A stretch of DNA of 64,000 bases. Origin: an uncultured Lachnospiraceae bacterium (GTDB lineage: Bacteria; Bacillota; Clostridia; Lachnospirales; Lachnospiraceae). This document shows, piece by piece, positions 59,461-64,000 of the stretch (position 1 is the first letter of the stretch; each line of letters starts with the position of its first letter). Position numbers and translations under genes: made by a program. Below the pieces are notes generated by a model. It did no database searches. It was not told the origin of the DNA and saw nothing but the letters and a program-made list of their open reading frames with translations. The stretch covers positions 15,484 to 79,483 of the forward strand of contig CANOFW010000011.1 in the NCBI GenBank assembly GCA_947565425.1, in the 5' to 3' direction.

Positions 59461-59492
59461 TTTACATAATTATATTATGTAAACTATTTGCG
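59452..59492. other. Perfect palindrome containing two dif-like arms
   Basis: CGCAAATAGTTTACATAA-TTATA-TTATGTAAACTATTTGCG. The inner 11-mer TTATGTAAACT matches the right arm of B. subtilis dif as I recall it. Confidence 0.55.
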
Positions 59493-59628
59493 CAAGAAAG
59501 TATCGAACTTCTTTCTAAGAAGTGGGGTTAAGCGATTTTCTTTATGAAAACTTCACAGAATCTAAAAAATGTGCATTTTTTCCAGCAAATGCTACTAAAA
59601 TAGTACAAAGCTATTGAGGAGCATGACT

Positions 59629-59973
59629 ATGGTAAAATCTATCGAAGAAAGCGCAAGAGAGCGTAGAAATTATGTGGAACAGGCGCGTGCTGCTTTCGGA
59701 ACTCACGAACAAGGGTATGGCTCGGAACCCGCAAGGCAAGAAGCATCCGCAGGAACTTCCACATTCGGTATTCGGCTTGTCATTGCCATTCTTTTATTTG
59801 CCGGTTTTGTGTACTGTGACCAGGAAAAAATTACATATCAGGGGATTAACGCCCAGGATGTGATTGAACAAGTGAAGTGGAATCCTTTGCCCACGGAAGA
59901 ACTGGAAAAGCTTTTCGGGGACATCAGTGTTTCCACTGGGAATGAAAGAACTGAAAATAAGGCACAAAAGTAA
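59629..59973 (+). CDS. Small single-TM hypothetical protein
   Basis: RBS GAGGAG; TM segment FGIRLVIAILLFAGFVYC. Confidence 0.65.
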   Translation: MVKSIEESARERRNYVEQARAAFGTHEQGYGSEPARQEASAGTSTFGIRLVIAILLFAGFVYCDQEKITYQGINAQDVIEQVKWNPLPTEELEKLFGDISVSTGNERTENKAQK

Positions 59974-59986
59974 AGGAGCACACTGT

Positions 59987-61849
59987 ATGAACAAGCTTGC
60001 TTTAAGCGACGAGATTCTAATGTCTGTCGATAAGCCGGCCCGATATATCGGCAATGAAATAAATATCGTGAGGAAGAACCCGCAAGATGTGGCAATCCGC
60101 TTTGCCATGTGTTTTCCGGATGTCTATGAGATTGGCATGTCTCATCTTGGCATCCAAATTTTATACGATATGTTTAACCAGAGGGAAGACGTTTATTGCG
60201 AACGCGTCTATTCTCCTTGGGTTGATTTGCATAAGATTTTAAAGGAACAAAATATCCCTCTGTTTACGTTGGAGACGCAATCTCCGGTGAAAGACATGGA
60301 TTTCTTAGGAATCACGATTCAATATGAAATGTGCTATACGAATATTTTACAAATTCTGGACTTGAGCAAGATTCCGCTGCTGGCAAACGAGCGCACAGAA
60401 GAAGATCCGATTGTTATTGGCGGCGGACCATGTACCTACAATCCAGAACCGTTGGCGGATTTCTTTGACTTATTTTATATTGGAGAGGGAGAGACACAAT
60501 ATGACGCACTGTTTGATCTCTACAAATCCATGCGCGCACAGGGAGGGACAAGGCAGGAATTTCTTCGTGCCGTCTGTAAATTGCCGGGAATTTATGTACC
60601 GTCCCTGTACGAAGTAAGTTATCAGGAGGACGGCACGATTGCCTCATTTACACCCCAATACGCAGACGTTCCTCCGACCATCTTAAAAGAAGTCCAGATG
60701 GATTTAACGAATACGGTGTATCCGCGTAAACCGCTGGTTCCTTATATTAAGGTAACCCAGGACCGCGTTGTATTGGAGATTCAGCGCGGTTGTATCCGCG
60801 GGTGCCGGTTTTGCCAGGCAGGTATGATCTACCGCCCCACCAGAGAGCGGGATGTTAATATGCTCAAAGATTGTGCACGGGAAATGCTGGAAAGCTCTGG
60901 GCATGAAGAAATATCTTTAAGTTCTTTAAGTTCCAGCGATTACAGCCAACTTCCTGAACTCATCAACTATCTTATTGGGTTTAAGGAGAAGGGGGTCAAT
61001 ATTTCTCTGCCTTCCTTGCGAATTGACGCATTCTCTTTAGATGTTATGAGTAAAGTGCAGGATATCCGCAAAAGTAGTCTCACTTTTGCACCGGAGGCTG
61101 GCACACAACGTCTGCGGGACGTAATCAATAAAGGGCTGACCGAAGAAATCATTCTCAATGGCGCAGGTTTGGCGTTCGCCGGAGGATGGCAGAAGGTAAA
61201 GCTCTATTTCATGTTGGGACTTCCTACCGAAACAGAAGACGACATGAAGGAAATCCCCAGGCTTGCTGATAAAGTGGCGCGGCGTTACTACGAAATTCCC
61301 AAGGAACAGCGAAACGGCAAGTGCCAGATTACCATCAGCACTTCCTTTTTCGTGCCGAAACCATTTACGCCCTTCCAATGGGCATCCATGCAGCCCAAGG
61401 AAGAATATCTTCGCCGTGCCCGAATTGTCAATGAGGAGATGAAAGAACAGTTAAATCGTAAGAGCCTAAAATACAATTGGCATGAAGCTGATGTGACTGT
61501 CTTAGAGGGCGTCTTTGCCAGAGGTGACCGCCGCGTGGGACAGGTTTTACGCAAAGCATATGAAAAGGGCTGTATTTTCGACTCCTGGAGTGAATTTTTT
61601 GACAATGGAAAATGGATGGAAGCCTTTCAGGAATGTGGGGTGTCCATTGATTTTTATAATTTGCGCACGCGGGAATTGGATGAAATTCTTCCATGGGACT
61701 TCATTGACTGCGGCGTGACAAAATCATTTTTAAAACGAGAATGGCAACATGCCTTGGAGGAAAAAGTAACCCCTAATTGCAAAATGCAATGTAACGGCTG
61801 CGGCGCAACAAAGTTTGAAGGAGGTGTCTGCCTTGAACATCAGAATTAA
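59987..61849 (+). CDS. TIGR03960-like B12-binding radical SAM protein
   Basis: KPARYIGNE, FPDVYEIGMSHLG, GGPCTYNPEP, RGCIRGCRFC, APEAGTQRLR, FVPKPFTPFQW, C-terminal CxxxCxxCG. Confidence 0.88.
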   Translation: MNKLALSDEILMSVDKPARYIGNEINIVRKNPQDVAIRFAMCFPDVYEIGMSHLGIQILYDMFNQREDVYCERVYSPWVDLHKILKEQNIPLFTLETQSPVKDMDFLGITIQYEMCYTNILQILDLSKIPLLANERTEEDPIVIGGGPCTYNPEPLADFFDLFYIGEGETQYDALFDLYKSMRAQGGTRQEFLRAVCKLPGIYVPSLYEVSYQEDGTIASFTPQYADVPPTILKEVQMDLTNTVYPRKPLVPYIKVTQDRVVLEIQRGCIRGCRFCQAGMIYRPTRERDVNMLKDCAREMLESSGHEEISLSSLSSSDYSQLPELINYLIGFKEKGVNISLPSLRIDAFSLDVMSKVQDIRKSSLTFAPEAGTQRLRDVINKGLTEEIILNGAGLAFAGGWQKVKLYFMLGLPTETEDDMKEIPRLADKVARRYYEIPKEQRNGKCQITISTSFFVPKPFTPFQWASMQPKEEYLRRARIVNEEMKEQLNRKSLKYNWHEADVTVLEGVFARGDRRVGQVLRKAYEKGCIFDSWSEFFDNGKWMEAFQECGVSIDFYNLRTRELDEILPWDFIDCGVTKSFLKREWQHALEEKVTPNCKMQCNGCGATKFEGGVCLEHQN

Positions 61850-62717
61850 GTTTCAGAAATATGGCGTGATGAAGTTCATCGGGCACCTGGATATGATGCG
61901 GTATTTTCAAAAAGCAATTCGCCGCGCCGATATTGACATCGCCTACTCGGAAGGGTACAGCCCTCACCAGATTATGTCTTTTGCAGCGCCGCTGGGCGTA
62001 GGCGTTACCAGTGATGGTGAGTATCTTGATATTGAAGTCAAGTCATCAAAGAGCAGCAAAGCGTCTATGCAATCTTTAAATGAGACGATGGCAGAGGGAA
62101 TAACCATTCTTGAATACCGCAAGCTGCCTGACACAGCGAAAACCTCCATGTCATTAGTAGCTGCCGCGGATTACCTGGTATATCAAAAGCCGGGCTATTG
62201 TCCGCTTGCTGATACGTCCACACAGCTTCAAGCGAAAGTGGAAGCGTTTTATGAAGGACAGTCTCATATTTATATTACGAAACAAACAAAAAAACGTGAA
62301 ATTGAGATGGACTTAAAGCCCTTAATCTATGAGATGAAGGCTATAAATCTGAACCAGAAACAGACATTAGCGCGTATAGGCGTCAAAAACCCGCAAATTC
62401 TGGCTGCTTGCCAGGAAGAAACAACAGAGGACACACCGGCATTATTTCTAAAGCTCTGTACTGGAAGTGCGGACAATGTGAAACCGGAATTGGTATTAGA
62501 AGCGTTTTGCCGTTTTCATGGGATTTCCTATGAACCATCAGGTTCCTATATTCATCGCCTGGAAGTTTATGCACGGGCGGATGACATTCCGGTAAAAGGC
62601 GAACAGGAACGTCAGGTTTATGCTGATAACCTCAACCATCAGCGGGAACTTTGCCAACAGCAAGGAATCGAGTTTCCCAAATTCCTTGCATTGGGGGAAC
62701 TTGGAATAGATATCTGA
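61833..62717 (+). CDS. TIGR03936-like radical SAM-linked protein (DUF2344)
   Basis: KFIGHLD, YSEGYSPHQIMSFAAPLGVG..SDGEY; TTG start after GGAGG, overlapping the radical SAM gene. Confidence 0.85.
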   Translation: MNIRIKFQKYGVMKFIGHLDMMRYFQKAIRRADIDIAYSEGYSPHQIMSFAAPLGVGVTSDGEYLDIEVKSSKSSKASMQSLNETMAEGITILEYRKLPDTAKTSMSLVAAADYLVYQKPGYCPLADTSTQLQAKVEAFYEGQSHIYITKQTKKREIEMDLKPLIYEMKAINLNQKQTLARIGVKNPQILAACQEETTEDTPALFLKLCTGSADNVKPELVLEAFCRFHGISYEPSGSYIHRLEVYARADDIPVKGEQERQVYADNLNHQRELCQQQGIEFPKFLALGELGIDI

Positions 62718-62816
62718 GCAGACGATACCATCCGGATTTCGGAATCAGATATGGAAGCGGTCTACCATCTAAACACAAGGCAGATATCAATGCATTGACT
62801 ATGCTCAGGGGGAATT

Positions 62817-64000
62817 ATGGAAAAGACACTGCTGATAACCAACCTTACCTGGAACCAAAAAGAATATCTTGCAACGGCGCTTTACCATGATAAAAAATTG
62901 CTGGAAGTATCACTGGAACTGCAAGATAAACAGACCATCCTTCACAATATTTATGTAGGCAGGGTAAAAAATATTGTCAAGAATCTCAATGCGGCATTTA
63001 TTGAGATTGCGCCAGGCGTTTCCTGCTATTACGACCTGGATGAACTCAAGAATCCTCTATATGTAAAAAAAATTAACTGTCCCCGCATGGTTCAAGGGGA
63101 TGAGGTGGTTGTTCAGGTAGTGCGTGAGCGCAGCAAAGGGAAACCGCCGAAAGTCAGCACCAATCTGAATTTTTCTGGAAAATATCTCGTCCTGACAAGT
63201 GAAAGCACTACGCTTAGTATTTCGCGGAAATTAGATGCAGAAACCAAAAAAAGTCTCAAAGAATCCCTGAATTTCATACGAGAACCGGATTGTGGCTTTA
63301 TTATACGCACAAATGCTGCACAGGCTTCTGCGGAGGAGATAAAAGAGGAATACCAAATACTTCGTAAAGAATACTTGAACTTAAAGGAAAACGCTGTACA
63401 CCGTACCGTATTTAGCTGTCTGAAAAAGCAGATCCCAGAATACCTTCACATTTTAAGGGATATGAAAACAGGACAGCTTGATTCAATCGTTACTGATGAT
63501 GCGGAAATTCTTGGGCAAATCCGGCAGTACTTAGAGCAGTTTCCCAAACAAGAGTATATACTAAAATTTTATGAGGATCCTATGATTAGCCTTAATAAGA
63601 TTTATAGCCTTGACACGCGGCTTAGTGAAGCATTGCGTGAGCGGGTTTGGCTGAAATCAGGGGGTTACCTCATTATTCAGCCTACAGAAGCTTTGACTGT
63701 TATTGACGTTAATTCTGGTAAGAGCATTGCCAAGAAGAAAGCCCAGGAACATTACCTTAAGATTAACCTGGAAGCAGCAGCGGAAATTGCCTGGCAGATG
63801 CGCCTTCGCAATATCTCAGGGATCATTATTGTAGATTTTATCGACATGAAATCCGCTGAGGACAATGAACTTTTACTGCGGACTCTGAGAGCAAGTGTTC
63901 GCGAGGACAGTGTCCCCGTGCAGATTGTTGATATGACAAAACTCCATCTTGTGGAGATTACGCGCAAGAAAGTTAAAAAGTCTTTGGCGGAGCAGTTAAT
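62817..64000 (+). CDS. rng: Ribonuclease E/G family, 3' end cut by the window edge
   Basis: NIYVGRVKNIV..LNAAFIEI (S1 domain), GYLIIQPTEALTVIDVNSG, LRNISGIIIVDFIDM, LVEITRKK. Confidence 0.92.
   Translation, partial: MEKTLLITNLTWNQKEYLATALYHDKKLLEVSLELQDKQTILHNIYVGRVKNIVKNLNAAFIEIAPGVSCYYDLDELKNPLYVKKINCPRMVQGDEVVVQVVRERSKGKPPKVSTNLNFSGKYLVLTSESTTLSISRKLDAETKKSLKESLNFIREPDCGFIIRTNAAQASAEEIKEEYQILRKEYLNLKENAVHRTVFSCLKKQIPEYLHILRDMKTGQLDSIVTDDAEILGQIRQYLEQFPKQEYILKFYEDPMISLNKIYSLDTRLSEALRERVWLKSGGYLIIQPTEALTVIDVNSGKSIAKKKAQEHYLKINLEAAAEIAWQMRLRNISGIIIVDFIDMKSAEDNELLLRTLRASVREDSVPVQIVDMTKLHLVEITRKKVKKSLAEQL

Noticed and set aside
1-64000. CRISPR array, rRNA, tRNA, prophage, intact transposase or integrase
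   Set aside because: By eye I saw no regularly spaced repeat-spacer series, no tRNA T-loop/cloverleaf or rRNA signatures, and no phage, DDE or tyrosine recombinase ORFs. A covariance-model scan would be needed to exclude small RNAs fully.

Overview
Chromosomal housekeeping region of a spore-forming gut Clostridium, most likely Lachnospiraceae (inferred from gene order and protein style). Almost all genes are on the + strand. In order it holds: the 3' part of cbiK; a yybP-ykoY Mn2+ riboswitch with mntP; a complete rnfCDGEAB operon; proB and proA, separated by an ECF sigma/anti-sigma/secreted-protein cassette and a PPi-type pfk; miaB-ruvA-ruvB with inserted GNATs and an internally deleted MFS pseudogene; purF; zapA; a U32 family protein; a SEDS/class B PBP pair; rpmB; asp23-fakA-recG; a SASP; rqcH; yicC-gmk-rpoZ-rimO-pgsA-cinA-rsmD-coaD; ylbJ; pepD; an M23 peptidase; rsuA-HAD-ygiQ-rlu-recU; hisZGDB plus a HisF-like/HisI/HisE fusion; and a TIGR03960/TIGR03936-like radical SAM pair followed by RNase E/G. 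I saw no rRNA, tRNA, CRISPR array, prophage or intact transposase. The most notable observations are: (1) a PurF that has lost every glutaminase catalytic motif but keeps its PRPP and Fe-S motifs; (2) an apparently catalytically dead HisF-like barrel fused to HisI-HisE; (3) a perfect palindrome with two arms identical to the Bacillus dif right arm at the end of the his operon; (4) a ~600 bp non-coding near-palindrome and related MITE/REP-like elements that share TTCAG-containing termini; (5) two uncharacterised radical SAM modules sitting among RNA-processing genes. Family assignments come from motif recognition, not database searches.
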